From a virus (lineage: Duplodnaviria; Caudoviricetes): a stretch of DNA of 29,643 nt. This document shows, piece after piece, positions 15,979 to 23,598 of the stretch (positions are counted from its first letter, which is position 1; each line of letters starts with the position of its first letter). The notes under the pieces are model-generated. The model did no database searches and was not told where the DNA came from. It saw only the letters and a program-made list of their open reading frames with translations. The stretch lies in IMG/VR virus record IMGVR_UViG_3300020045_002628, positions 1 to 29,643 of that record; one strand, 5' to 3'. The position numbers and the translations under genes were made by a program.

Positions 15979-16235
15979 TTGTTGCGCTCCTCAAGCATTG
16001 CATCTGAATATCCATACGCCCATCTAGCTACATCTGAATGCTCTTCATGTGTGAATATATCGCCGTGACCAATTATGGCTATTAGCGCCTTCGCTGCAAA
16101 GTAATCGCGCAGACTCATGCCGCCAACTGCTTTATATTCATCAACATAAGCTCCATCAATTCTTCCTCCTGCCATCTCAATCTTTGCAGCTTTTAGTCCT
16201 GCAAACGCGCTGCCGCCTGTATTTTTCTCGTTCAT
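15975..16235 (-). CDS. Conserved phage protein (GMSLRDYFAAKA family)
   Basis: TGGSAF...GMSLRDYFAAKAL...AY..SDAML; start at ATGA overlap 16235. Confidence 0.75.
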   Translation of the reverse strand: MNEKNTGGSAFAGLKAAKIEMAGGRIDGAYVDEYKAVGGMSLRDYFAAKALIAIIGHGDIFTHEEHSDVARWAYGYSDAMLEERNK

Positions 16236-16678
16236 GCTGCCCATCCCAAAGGTGAAAACCACTCTTGCTGAATCTTAGTCGGTACAAATTTAAACTGCTT
16301 CTTGCGCCTATCCAGATACTCTTCTGGATCAACGTCTGGCTCTTTCGCCGGTCGCAGCACAATGCCCAATTTCATACGCTCTCTAAAATCCCTGCGGCGC
16401 TCCGTAACAGATTTAGGCTTAGGCTTGACAAAACATGGCAGGTTTCCAGTTGCGTACAGCTTGATTTGTGCGCGTCCCTGTGCGTCTTTAGCGTATCCAT
16501 GAACGTACATGCTACCGATACTGATTAAATGATCTGCGTATCTGTGGACTGATACTGTCGTCACTTTTAAATAGCTCGACAACTTATCCACATCAAGCGC
16601 GTTATTTGCGCAAAGTCGCAGCATCAAATCAAGTTTCTTTTGCAGCTTTGCGTCAATTTGTTTTAATGTCTTTTGCAT
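16232..16678 (-). CDS. Putative winged-HTH DNA-binding protein
   Basis: LDVDKLSSYLKVTTVSVHRYADHL HTH-like segment; basic C-terminal half. Confidence 0.55.
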   Translation of the reverse strand: MQKTLKQIDAKLQKKLDLMLRLCANNALDVDKLSSYLKVTTVSVHRYADHLISIGSMYVHGYAKDAQGRAQIKLYATGNLPCFVKPKPKSVTERRRDFRERMKLGIVLRPAKEPDVDPEEYLDRRKKQFKFVPTKIQQEWFSPLGWAA

Positions 16679-16707
16679 AGTCTCTGCGGGAGTTGCCCCG
16701 CACCTGG

Positions 16708-17382
16708 TTATTGAAAGTTCATGCGCTTATAGAGTGCGCGGGTCATGTTTATGTCGTCTTTGCAGTATTCAGCAACTTCCACAATACGACCATCGCGCAC
16801 ATAATCAGCAACCATCGAGCCGTCAATGTCGCCCTTCCCCTTCAATCCGCAAGCCTTGCTGATCTTGTCTAGACTGCCGCCAGCTCTTGCCCCCCACCAT
16901 CGCTGCATCGTGTCATAAACAGTGTCATCCCATGGTTTACAACTGAACGGTATTTCTTTGCTTGGCTTCACTTGTAAAACTACTGATCGCTGAAACAAAA
17001 ATCTAAGATCAAACTCGATCAGGTTATGACCGATAAAGCGCGGTCTTTCGTTGCGTCTTGCCTGACATACTTTGTCGATTTCAGCAGAGAATGCAGCAAG
17101 TAAAAGTATCTCTTGCGCCATATCCTGCACGCCGGAGATATGCAACTCTTGCGCTGGCTCGTCATCAATTGCCCACCCAATGACGCATACGTGACCTTGT
17201 GCGCCATCGAATGATGTCTTGCGCCAAGCTGCATCACCTTCGGACTCGCGGTTTTCTTCCAGCCATGCTGCAATCGTTTCTGGCTTCTTGTGTGTTGCTG
17301 GCGGCTTTACGTTGGCAATAAATTCATCGCGTACTGTTTTGCTTTGCGCTGGCAAAGTCTCAATGTCTAAATAAATATTCAT
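16708..17382 (-). CDS. 3'-5' exonuclease (DEDD, PolB-proofreading-like)
   Basis: YLDIET (ExoI), GHNLIEFDL (ExoII), EYCKDD (ExoIII). Confidence 0.85.
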   Translation of the reverse strand: MNIYLDIETLPAQSKTVRDEFIANVKPPATHKKPETIAAWLEENRESEGDAAWRKTSFDGAQGHVCVIGWAIDDEPAQELHISGVQDMAQEILLLAAFSAEIDKVCQARRNERPRFIGHNLIEFDLRFLFQRSVVLQVKPSKEIPFSCKPWDDTVYDTMQRWWGARAGGSLDKISKACGLKGKGDIDGSMVADYVRDGRIVEVAEYCKDDINMTRALYKRMNFQ

Positions 17383-17443
17383 GTTTATCAGCGGGAGTTA
17401 ACCCGCTTTCCGGTTAGATTGAATGCAGTGCTTTACGTACCCG

Positions 17444-17848
17444 TCAAAATGGAATATCGTCATCCATATCACTGAAGTTTGGCGCACCGCCTGATTGCGG
17501 CTTTCTAGGAGCGGCTTCTGCTTGTCGTTGAGCTGCTGATTCCTCACGCTTACCGCCTTGCAAAGATACATCGCCAACACGAATATCGTGCTGCTTGCGC
17601 TTTATGCCGTCCTTGTCCGTCCATTCGCGCTCTGTCACGTTGCCAGATACAGTTACCGATTGCCCCTTTGTTAAATACTGCGCCAATGATTCGGCACGCT
17701 TGCCAAACAATGAGCAATTCCACCAGATAGTCGGCTTGTCTTTTCCCTGCGAATCAGCAACAGAAAACGATGCTACTGGATCGCCATTGCTGAGAAATTT
17801 TACTTCTGCATCTTTGCCTAATTGACCAGCGATAGTGATGTTGTTCAT
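17444..17848 (-). CDS. ssb: Single-stranded DNA-binding protein
   Basis: OB-fold (GQLGKDAE, YLTKGQSV) and acidic DMDDDIPF tail. Confidence 0.95.
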   Translation of the reverse strand: MNNITIAGQLGKDAEVKFLSNGDPVASFSVADSQGKDKPTIWWNCSLFGKRAESLAQYLTKGQSVTVSGNVTEREWTDKDGIKRKQHDIRVGDVSLQGGKREESAAQRQAEAAPRKPQSGGAPNFSDMDDDIPF

Positions 17849-18390
17849 GCTACTTCCTTTTTCTGTGACTTAATCCAAGTGAGTAATTTTGTATAGCTTG
17901 CTGCGTGAATTTCAGATAAATCTTTAACTTTCCCAGCCTTGCAAATGGCATCTACAGATAGGCTGACTTCAGTTGCAGCATCACGAATAGCGGTTAGTTG
18001 GTCAATGCTCAATAAAGGCTCTGGCGGGGCTTCTGGCAAGTCTTCTCCGGCGTAGATATACAAACCTATTCCGTGAAGTGCGATCGCTTTTGCAAGGCAT
18101 CTCTGCATTGCTTTATTAACGTCCATCGCATCTGGATTGGCTATTGCTTTATTCTTGTTATCCATTACTGGTAACTGGCTTGTCATTGTTTTCCCAAACG
18201 CTGTAACGCTGCAAAAAACCATTAACGTAGCGCCAAATTTAACAGGCTCTTTATATTCCCAAACTGCAAGCGGGTCATGCTGCAATAACGTATCAACTGC
18301 CCATGACCACGACAGGTATGATAGGCTTGCTTTCTTCTCGATATGCTCCGAAACATTGATTGCCCGAAGTTCTAAATATTTGTTTGTCAT
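17845..18390 (-). CDS. sak: Sak (Rad52-like, DUF1071) single-strand annealing protein
   Basis: LSYLSWSWA, LPVMDNKN, VNKAMQRCLAKAIALHGIGLYIYAGEDLP. Confidence 0.9.
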   Translation of the reverse strand: MTNKYLELRAINVSEHIEKKASLSYLSWSWAVDTLLQHDPLAVWEYKEPVKFGATLMVFCSVTAFGKTMTSQLPVMDNKNKAIANPDAMDVNKAMQRCLAKAIALHGIGLYIYAGEDLPEAPPEPLLSIDQLTAIRDAATEVSLSVDAICKAGKVKDLSEIHAASYTKLLTWIKSQKKEVA

Positions 18391-18482
18391 CGTCTTTTCC
18401 TAGTTGGTCTTGTTGCATCTGATAATCTGCCATTCCGTTATCACTGACTTCTAGCAGATCATCGAAGTAGTAATTTTTAATC

Positions 18483-18581
18483 CTACTCATCAGGTATTCT
18501 CCAACGCCATGCAAGCTCAATTGCTGACTTGCGGTTAAACTGCTTTTCTCGCCAGTAGAGATATGCGCGTATCAGCCTCAT
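18483..18581 (-). CDS. Small hypothetical protein (32 aa)
   Basis: MRLIRAYLYWREKQFNRKSAIELAWRWRIPDE*; ATGA-coupled. Confidence 0.5.
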   Translation of the reverse strand: MRLIRAYLYWREKQFNRKSAIELAWRWRIPDE

Positions 18582-18778
18582 TTCGACACCATCGCAAATC
18601 CAGTCATGTACTCGCCACGCTTTGCCAAGTCGTAAATCATCTTGTCCTTGACAGCTTGCTTCTGTGCGGCGACTTGCTTTACATAAGCTGCATCGGCAGC
18701 GTCCTCTTGTGCCTGCATGTAGCCGTTAAGCGAGAGCAGTACAGCTAACACTCCGGCAGAGATAATCCAGCGGCTCAT
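18578..18778 (-). CDS. Small protein with N-terminal TM/signal segment
   Basis: MSRWIISAGVLAVLLSLNG; coupled. Confidence 0.65.
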   Translation of the reverse strand: MSRWIISAGVLAVLLSLNGYMQAQEDAADAAYVKQVAAQKQAVKDKMIYDLAKRGEYMTGFAMVSK

Positions 18779-18870
18779 GGCATCACAACGCAGATAAAAG
18801 TCACCATGACAGCCGCTGAAGCTACGACAATCATCACACCAAGAAATGCAAAAAGTTGGTCAGATTTCAT
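18775..18870 (-). CDS. Small membrane peptide (31 aa)
   Basis: MKSDQLFAFLGVMIVVASAAVMVTFICVVMP*; GAGGAG RBS; ATGA-coupled on both sides. Confidence 0.6.
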   Translation of the reverse strand: MKSDQLFAFLGVMIVVASAAVMVTFICVVMP

Positions 18871-19055
18871 GCTGCTATCTCCTCAACGGCAGTATTGAAT
18901 TTCACACTTTTTACGATTGCAGAGTATCCGCAAATTCTCGCGCTATCTCTTGCAAAAATCTCTGCGTCGTCCTTGTTATCCGCAGTGCCGACCCATCCGA
19001 ATACAGAACAATTTGCCGACTTGACGAAGGTTAAATCTACTGAGTAAGTTTTCAT
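18867..19055 (-). CDS. Hypothetical protein
   Basis: AGGGGA RBS; 62 aa. Confidence 0.65.
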   Translation of the reverse strand: MKTYSVDLTFVKSANCSVFGWVGTADNKDDAEIFARDSARICGYSAIVKSVKFNTAVEEIAA

Positions 19056-19088
19056 TTCATCCCCTGGTTAAATTAAGTGGCATTCGCC

Positions 19089-19201
19089 ACTGATAAGCGC
19101 TATCACTTGCATGTAGCAGCAATCCCGCTAGAATCGACCAAGGGAAGTATCAAAAACCTTGATCTACCGGAGCTAAACCGGTATTGATAGCGCTTATCAG
19201 T
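19089..19201. repeat. Perfect 17-bp inverted repeat enclosing 79 bp
   Basis: ACTGATAAGCGCTATCA (19089-19105) and TGATAGCGCTTATCAGT (19185-19201). Confidence 0.9.
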
Positions 19202-19237
19202 AGTGGCTCGTACGTGAGCCAATCGGTTAAATCAGTG

Positions 19238-19387
19238 TTATGCAGCGTTTTTTCTCGCTCTTTCGCATGCGGTTTTGCCAGGTCTATTTTTACTTGTCGA
19301 CTTAAAACAATTCTGATGAGTGCGTGGCATTGACCCCATCGCGTCTTTTTCTGATTTAGTCATAAAATCTTTTCTGCTAAGTGCCAT
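19238..19387 (-). CDS. Small basic protein (49 aa)
   Basis: MALSRKDFMTKSEKDAMGSMPRTHQNCFKSTSKNRPGKTACERARKNAA*; AAGGAG RBS. Confidence 0.6.
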   Translation of the reverse strand: MALSRKDFMTKSEKDAMGSMPRTHQNCFKSTSKNRPGKTACERARKNAA

Positions 19388-19449
19388 TTACATCTCCTTG
19401 TTTAACTACATTAAATTGCAAGTGAGGGTCTAGGATCACTCGCGGGTAT

Positions 19450-20049
19450 TCATGCTGCCTTTACGTCAAACCAATGTTCAATTAGGTTTGCCATCCCTAA
19501 ATACGACCAGCCTATTTTTGAATCTATTCCGTGCCTTGCATGTACAGCTAATCGAAATTCATCAAGCGAACCGCGAAAGCAGCCGCGAGTAATCTCTATA
19601 CTTTCTTTTGTACGATAGGCGGTTAATGTTCCGTTTTCAGAGCCGACACCTGAGAATGTCTGAATGTCCGTATGAAGCAATACCCGCGCATCGCCAGATA
19701 CCTGCGCATCGCCAGATACCTGCGCATTGCCAGATACCCGCGCATCGCCAGATACCTGCGCATTGCCATATACCCGCGCATCGCCAGATACCTGCGCATT
19801 GCCATATACCCGCGCATTGCCATATACCCACGCATCGCCAGATACCTGCGCATTGCCATATACCCGCGCATTGCCATATACCCACGCATCGCCATTGCAA
19901 GAAAGATTTTTTTCTTCCTCAACATAGCCGCCCAGGTCGCCAGCAGCTACCGAAATTCCAATTGCAATCAGCGCCTTGATTCTGTAAAGAGTTCTGCCGA
20001 AGTGATTTTTCGTATCATCTTTAATCAGAATATATTTTTTGTTTTCCAT
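19450..20049 (-). CDS. Phage hexapeptide-repeat (left-handed beta-helix-like) protein
   Basis: LYRIKAL...GDLGGYVE.E.NLS followed by 12 x G(D/N)A(W/R/Q)V(Y/S); C-terminal GCFRG. Confidence 0.85.
   Translation of the reverse strand: MENKKYILIKDDTKNHFGRTLYRIKALIAIGISVAAGDLGGYVEEEKNLSCNGDAWVYGNARVYGNAQVSGDAWVYGNARVYGNAQVSGDARVYGNAQVSGDARVSGNAQVSGDAQVSGDARVLLHTDIQTFSGVGSENGTLTAYRTKESIEITRGCFRGSLDEFRLAVHARHGIDSKIGWSYLGMANLIEHWFDVKAA
19678..19893. repeat. 18-bp coding tandem repeat, 12 units
   Basis: Units such as GGCAATGCGCGGGTATAT and GGCGATGCGCAGGTATCT on the minus strand. Confidence 0.95.
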
Positions 20050-20074
20050 GTCATTTCCAAGTTAAATACTTCAG

Positions 20075-20209
20075 TCAATCTTCAATCTCTTCCAAGTCAT
20101 CCAGCATGATCTTGTCTGGATCGCCATCGACTAGCCGGTCATTCTTTGCCAACTTGCGCTGCGATCTAGCTTCTTGCTTCAGATCGTCTATTTCGTCTTG
20201 ATCTAGCAT
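20075..20209 (-). CDS. Small acidic protein (44 aa)
   Basis: MLDQDEIDDLKQEARSQRKLAKNDRLVDGDPDKIMLDDLEEIED*; AGGAG RBS. Confidence 0.6.
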   Translation of the reverse strand: MLDQDEIDDLKQEARSQRKLAKNDRLVDGDPDKIMLDDLEEIED

Positions 20210-20217
20210 TGCGACTC

Positions 20218-20496
20218 CTAATCATTTACTGCAAAACATAGCCAATACTCACTAACCTTCGATCCTTCAATCATCTTTCTGTCCTCAATGTCCCAAGTGG
20301 TTTTAATTCCAATTAGCGGGCAGTCTGCATTTCTAAAGCCCCATTCCGTATCCATGCGCCCTGTTGTTCCAGCGCCATCGTTAAATGTTCCATCTGGATT
20401 GCTGAACGATGAAAAAGGCACAAGTTCATCTCTATGTCTTGCAAAAATCACTGCGTAAACTTCAGCGCTAGTGCTTACTTTTTTATGTTCCATCAC
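20218..20496 (-). CDS. Hypothetical protein, first gene of the leftward operon
   Basis: AAGGAG RBS; 92 aa. Confidence 0.7.
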   Translation of the reverse strand: MMEHKKVSTSAEVYAVIFARHRDELVPFSSFSNPDGTFNDGAGTTGRMDTEWGFRNADCPLIGIKTTWDIEDRKMIEGSKVSEYWLCFAVND

Positions 20497-20635
20497 ATCT
20501 CCTTAAATTAGTTAGGCAGTACCGGAGCTGCCTGCTTTGCGAATCAGCGCCTTAAGTCGCGTCATCCCGATATATCAACAAGTTAAACAGCACGACTCAT
20601 ATTTGGAAATCTGTTTGAAGCAGTTGATGAATAGA

Positions 20636-20664
20636 ATCATAGAACATTAAAAAACATCTAGCAA
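20636..20664 (-). promoter_or_regulatory. Leftward sigma70 promoter (PL-like)
   Basis: TTGCTA-17 bp-TATGAT on the minus strand. Confidence 0.65.
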
Positions 20665-20696
20665 GCTTTATTTTCGCTTTAACCGAATTTATTTAT

Positions 20697-20725
20697 TTGA
20701 CTTGTGAAAAATTATTTACTATACT
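20697..20725 (+). promoter_or_regulatory. Rightward sigma70 promoter (PR-like)
   Basis: TTGACT-17 bp-TATACT, 30 bp before the HTH gene. Confidence 0.8.
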
Positions 20726-20755
20726 TGAGTCACTATTAATTAATAAAGGTAGCTA

Positions 20756-20950
20756 ATGTCTAACATAGAAACAAACCTCAAATATGTATTGAGGAAGCTA
20801 CAAAACCCGGCATATAAGCATGTCGAGATTGTTCGGCAAACAGGAATTGGAAAAGCGACACTATCAGACTTGAAGAATGGAAAAAATACCGATCCATCAT
20901 CATCTACAGTTGAAAAATTGGTAGAGTATTTCAGAGAGGTTGATAAATGA
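20756..20950 (+). CDS. XRE/Cro-like HTH regulator
   Basis: EIVRQTGIGKATLSDLKNGKNTDPSSSTVEKL; 64 aa; no peptidase domain. Confidence 0.85.
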   Translation: MSNIETNLKYVLRKLQNPAYKHVEIVRQTGIGKATLSDLKNGKNTDPSSSTVEKLVEYFREVDK

Positions 20951-20990
20951 TTTATTTTAAACAAATAACATATACTAAGAGTACGCCACC

Positions 20991-21101
20991 ATGAGTTTAT
21001 TTAAAATTATTTCATTAGCGTCAATCGCAACAGTCGTAATTGCAGCACTGTATTTCTTTATTGTGCTGCTATTTCAATTTCAAATTGGGAGCTATTTATG
21101 A
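20991..21101 (+). CDS. Small membrane peptide (36 aa)
   Basis: MSLFKIISLASIATVVIAALYFFIVLLFQFQIGSYL*; ATGA-coupled to the next gene. Confidence 0.5.
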   Translation: MSLFKIISLASIATVVIAALYFFIVLLFQFQIGSYL

Positions 21102-21397
21102 CGACTAATTCAAAAATTCGAAGTGATTTCGAGGCTTGGTGGTCAGAGTTTCAGGAAACCCATGAAGAATGGCCTTTTGCAGATAAGGAGTCACTTTTAT
21201 TTGCAGCATGGGAAAACGCGCTATCACAACAGTCAGCGCAGGAAAGCAATCAAAAATATACATTTGGCCAACTTACAAATTTAATGATGGCTGCGGCGAC
21301 AAACGAGGGCCACAAAGTAACAATGAGAATTAAGTGGGCGGAACAAAAAAACGAAGCACTAAAGCTAAATCTTGCCGCAATGGAGCCAAAGCCATGA
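21098..21397 (+). CDS. Hypothetical protein
   Basis: GGGAG RBS; RSDFEAWW...AAW motif common in small phage genes. Confidence 0.7.
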   Translation: MTTNSKIRSDFEAWWSEFQETHEEWPFADKESLLFAAWENALSQQSAQESNQKYTFGQLTNLMMAAATNEGHKVTMRIKWAEQKNEALKLNLAAMEPKP

Positions 21398-21612
21398 CGC
21401 CAAAATTAACCAAGTGGTTCGACGGTAGCAAGTTCGTTCCTGCGCATGTTGGCGTGTATAAAACCAATATTTTTAACTATTCAAAAACATATCAATATTG
21501 GGACGGGCTTAGATGGCACTGCTACAACAGATACATACGCCATCCTCAAATGGCAAATATTCCAAGTGGCTACCAGAATATGAATTGGCGCGGTCTGGCG
21601 GTGAAGCCATGA
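21394..21612 (+). CDS. Hypothetical protein
   Basis: MTPKLTKWF...PAHVGVY...YWDG..W...WRGLA; start at ATGA overlap. Confidence 0.7.
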   Translation: MTPKLTKWFDGSKFVPAHVGVYKTNIFNYSKTYQYWDGLRWHCYNRYIRHPQMANIPSGYQNMNWRGLAVKP

Positions 21613-21800
21613 GCCAGTTTTACTACAACTCACCAGCTCGCAGCGCTGAAATGCACATTTCAAATCAAAAGCCAGGCATTCAATCGACGTCGATGCGCTA
21701 CTGCACAAAATGCAATCGGCCTCGATCTATTGCGCAATATTGGAACGCCAAGCAGCGGCCTATCTTTAAGTTTTGCCAGAAGTGTCGGGGCGGTAAATGA
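21609..21800 (+). CDS. Small zinc-ribbon protein
   Basis: CTKC...CQKC; ATGA-coupled. Confidence 0.65.
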   Translation: MSQFYYNSPARSAEMHISNQKPGIQSTSMRYCTKCNRPRSIAQYWNAKQRPIFKFCQKCRGGK

Positions 21801-22198
21801 AGCCGATCACTTTATCAAGTGACATGTATCGCAATATGGCTTCGGATTGCTGCATGAGCGCCCCTATTGGCTACATTGTTAGATTTAGCAAGCCTACGCG
21901 CACGCTCTCGCAAAATGCCATCCAGTGGCCTTACCTTGACGCATTCTCTAAACAGCTTCTATGGCCTGTCAACGGTCAAATGGTGAAGATGACAGACGAG
22001 GAATGGAAAGACGTTTTAACGGCATCGTTTAAAAAAGAAACAGCACGCTTGGCAATGGGCATAGATGGCGGCGTTGTGATGCTTGGTAAGCGTACTAGCG
22101 ATTTTGACAAACAGGTTTTTAGTGAGTGGATCGAGTATCTGCAATGGTTCTCTTCATTCAAAGAGGTGAGACTTCCAGCCTCAAAGCGGGACTATTAA
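21797..22198 (+). CDS. ninB: NinB/Orf-family recombination protein
   Basis: RTLSQNA..W, EEWKDVLTA, GIDGGVVMLGKRTS. Confidence 0.85.
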   Translation: MKPITLSSDMYRNMASDCCMSAPIGYIVRFSKPTRTLSQNAIQWPYLDAFSKQLLWPVNGQMVKMTDEEWKDVLTASFKKETARLAMGIDGGVVMLGKRTSDFDKQVFSEWIEYLQWFSSFKEVRLPASKRDY

Positions 22199-22776
22199 TG
22201 CTGAATCGCGCCCGCCCCTCGAAATGCCGTATCTGTAAAGCAGAGTACACCAAGCGATCCATGTCACACAAAGTTTGTAGTCCGGATTGCAGCAAGCTCT
22301 ATGTGGAAAAAGAGAACGCAAAGGAAGAACGGCGCTTCGTCAAGGCTCGCAAGTTGGCAATCAAGCCTCGCTCTGCATATCTCAAAGAAGCTAAAACCAC
22401 GCTACACGCTTACGTTCGCGCAAGGGATGAGGGTAAGTGCTGCATCTCATGTTTAACGCCTCTAATCAAGTCTGGCGCTGTCGGTGGTGATTATGACGCG
22501 GGGCATTTCCGCTCAGTTGGATCAGCAAAGCACATGGAATTTGTTGAGGAAAACATTCACGGTCAATGCAAGCGCTGCAACAACTATCTCGCAGGTAATG
22601 CAGTTGCTTACCGCATCGGATTAATAACGCGCTACGGATTGCCATTTGTGGAAGCAATCGAGACAGATAACACCCCAAGAAAATTGACCATTGCCGATTT
22701 TGAAGCAATCAAGATTGAGTACAAGCAGAAGTTAAAAAGTTTAAACGCAGCAAAACAAGGAGAAGTGAAATGTTGA
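22198..22776 (+). CDS. ninG: NinG/Rap-family endonuclease
   Basis: CRIC...VCSPDC, YVRARD, CISC, DAGHFRSVG, NIHGQCKRCN; start at TAATG overlap. Confidence 0.9.
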   Translation: MLNRARPSKCRICKAEYTKRSMSHKVCSPDCSKLYVEKENAKEERRFVKARKLAIKPRSAYLKEAKTTLHAYVRARDEGKCCISCLTPLIKSGAVGGDYDAGHFRSVGSAKHMEFVEENIHGQCKRCNNYLAGNAVAYRIGLITRYGLPFVEAIETDNTPRKLTIADFEAIKIEYKQKLKSLNAAKQGEVKC

Positions 22777-23039
22777 AGTACAGAACGCAATGGGAGAAAA
22801 TCGAAGCAATTGAAGTGGCGAGAGAAACAAAAACACAAATTGTGACACTTCGAAAAGATGGAGGCGAGGACAGGGAATCAAAGCGTGCAGGCTGGAGAAA
22901 CTGGCACGACTCCTGGGAAGATGCACATAATTTTTTATTGTCGGTATATGGTAAAAAAATTCAGGAATTACAAAGAAGAATTGATGACGAAAATGAGAAA
23001 TTAAAACTATTACTTGAAATGAAAAACACGGGCAAATAA
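22770..23039 (+). CDS. Hypothetical protein
   Basis: AGGAG RBS; 89 aa. Confidence 0.7.
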   Translation: MLKYRTQWEKIEAIEVARETKTQIVTLRKDGGEDRESKRAGWRNWHDSWEDAHNFLLSVYGKKIQELQRRIDDENEKLKLLLEMKNTGK

Positions 23040-23104
23040 GCAAAAACCCGACGCCACGTAAATGACATCGGGTCTTATATCACTCACTTAATAAGGGTAA
23101 GCAA

Positions 23105-23230
23105 ATGACTTTCGACAGTATACACAAAATGGCTGATCACATGGCAGAAATACGCAATCAAGAGTTGAAGACTGCGCAGGCGCAAAAGATATGCGCGGCA
23201 TTGGTCGCAGCTTTGAAGGGTGGGCGCTGA
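23105..23230 (+). CDS. Small hypothetical protein (41 aa)
   Basis: MTFDSIHKMADHMAEIRNQELKTAQAQKICAALVAALKGGR*; AAGGG RBS; TGATG-coupled. Confidence 0.5.
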   Translation: MTFDSIHKMADHMAEIRNQELKTAQAQKICAALVAALKGGR

Positions 23231-23598
23231 TGCATTACTACAAGCGCAATCTTGGCGACTATGGCCGGTGGGTTTCAATCAATTATCTTGAGAATAAAAG
23301 CAATTTGCCGCGATTGGCTTGTTGCTATGTAATTTTCTTTAATGATGAAATGAAGTATATCGGGTCAACAAATGACCTGAGAAATAGATTTTCAGGTCAC
23401 TCCTTCAGATATGGGTATTGGAACAACATTCATACGCCATGGGGCGAGTTCCCCGCTACAACAAAATTTGTAATCAAGTACAAGCCATCAAAAAAATATG
23501 GCGATTGGCTAATGATCGAGGCGCGTCTTATTAAGCGTTTGCAGCCGCAATTCAACACAAAATTGAAGGGGCGGAAAAATGCACTTTTACCAGCATAA
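23230..23598 (+). CDS. GIY-YIG endonuclease (putative free-standing homing endonuclease)
   Basis: CCYVIF...KYIGSTNDLRNRF..H...IEARLIKRLQPQFN. Confidence 0.8.
   Translation: MHYYKRNLGDYGRWVSINYLENKSNLPRLACCYVIFFNDEMKYIGSTNDLRNRFSGHSFRYGYWNNIHTPWGEFPATTKFVIKYKPSKKYGDWLMIEARLIKRLQPQFNTKLKGRKNALLPA

Noticed and set aside
19608-20109. Several alternative-frame ORFs with repeats; possible CRISPR-like array
   Set aside because: They are shadows of the 18-bp coding repeat; there are no unique spacers.
20740-20964. Minus-strand ORF as a possible CI repressor
   Set aside because: It is the antisense of the HTH gene and has no HTH or peptidase motif.
23045-23072. Hairpin after the 22770-23039 gene as a terminator
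   Set aside because: The stem has mismatches and the T-tract is poor; not confident enough to call.
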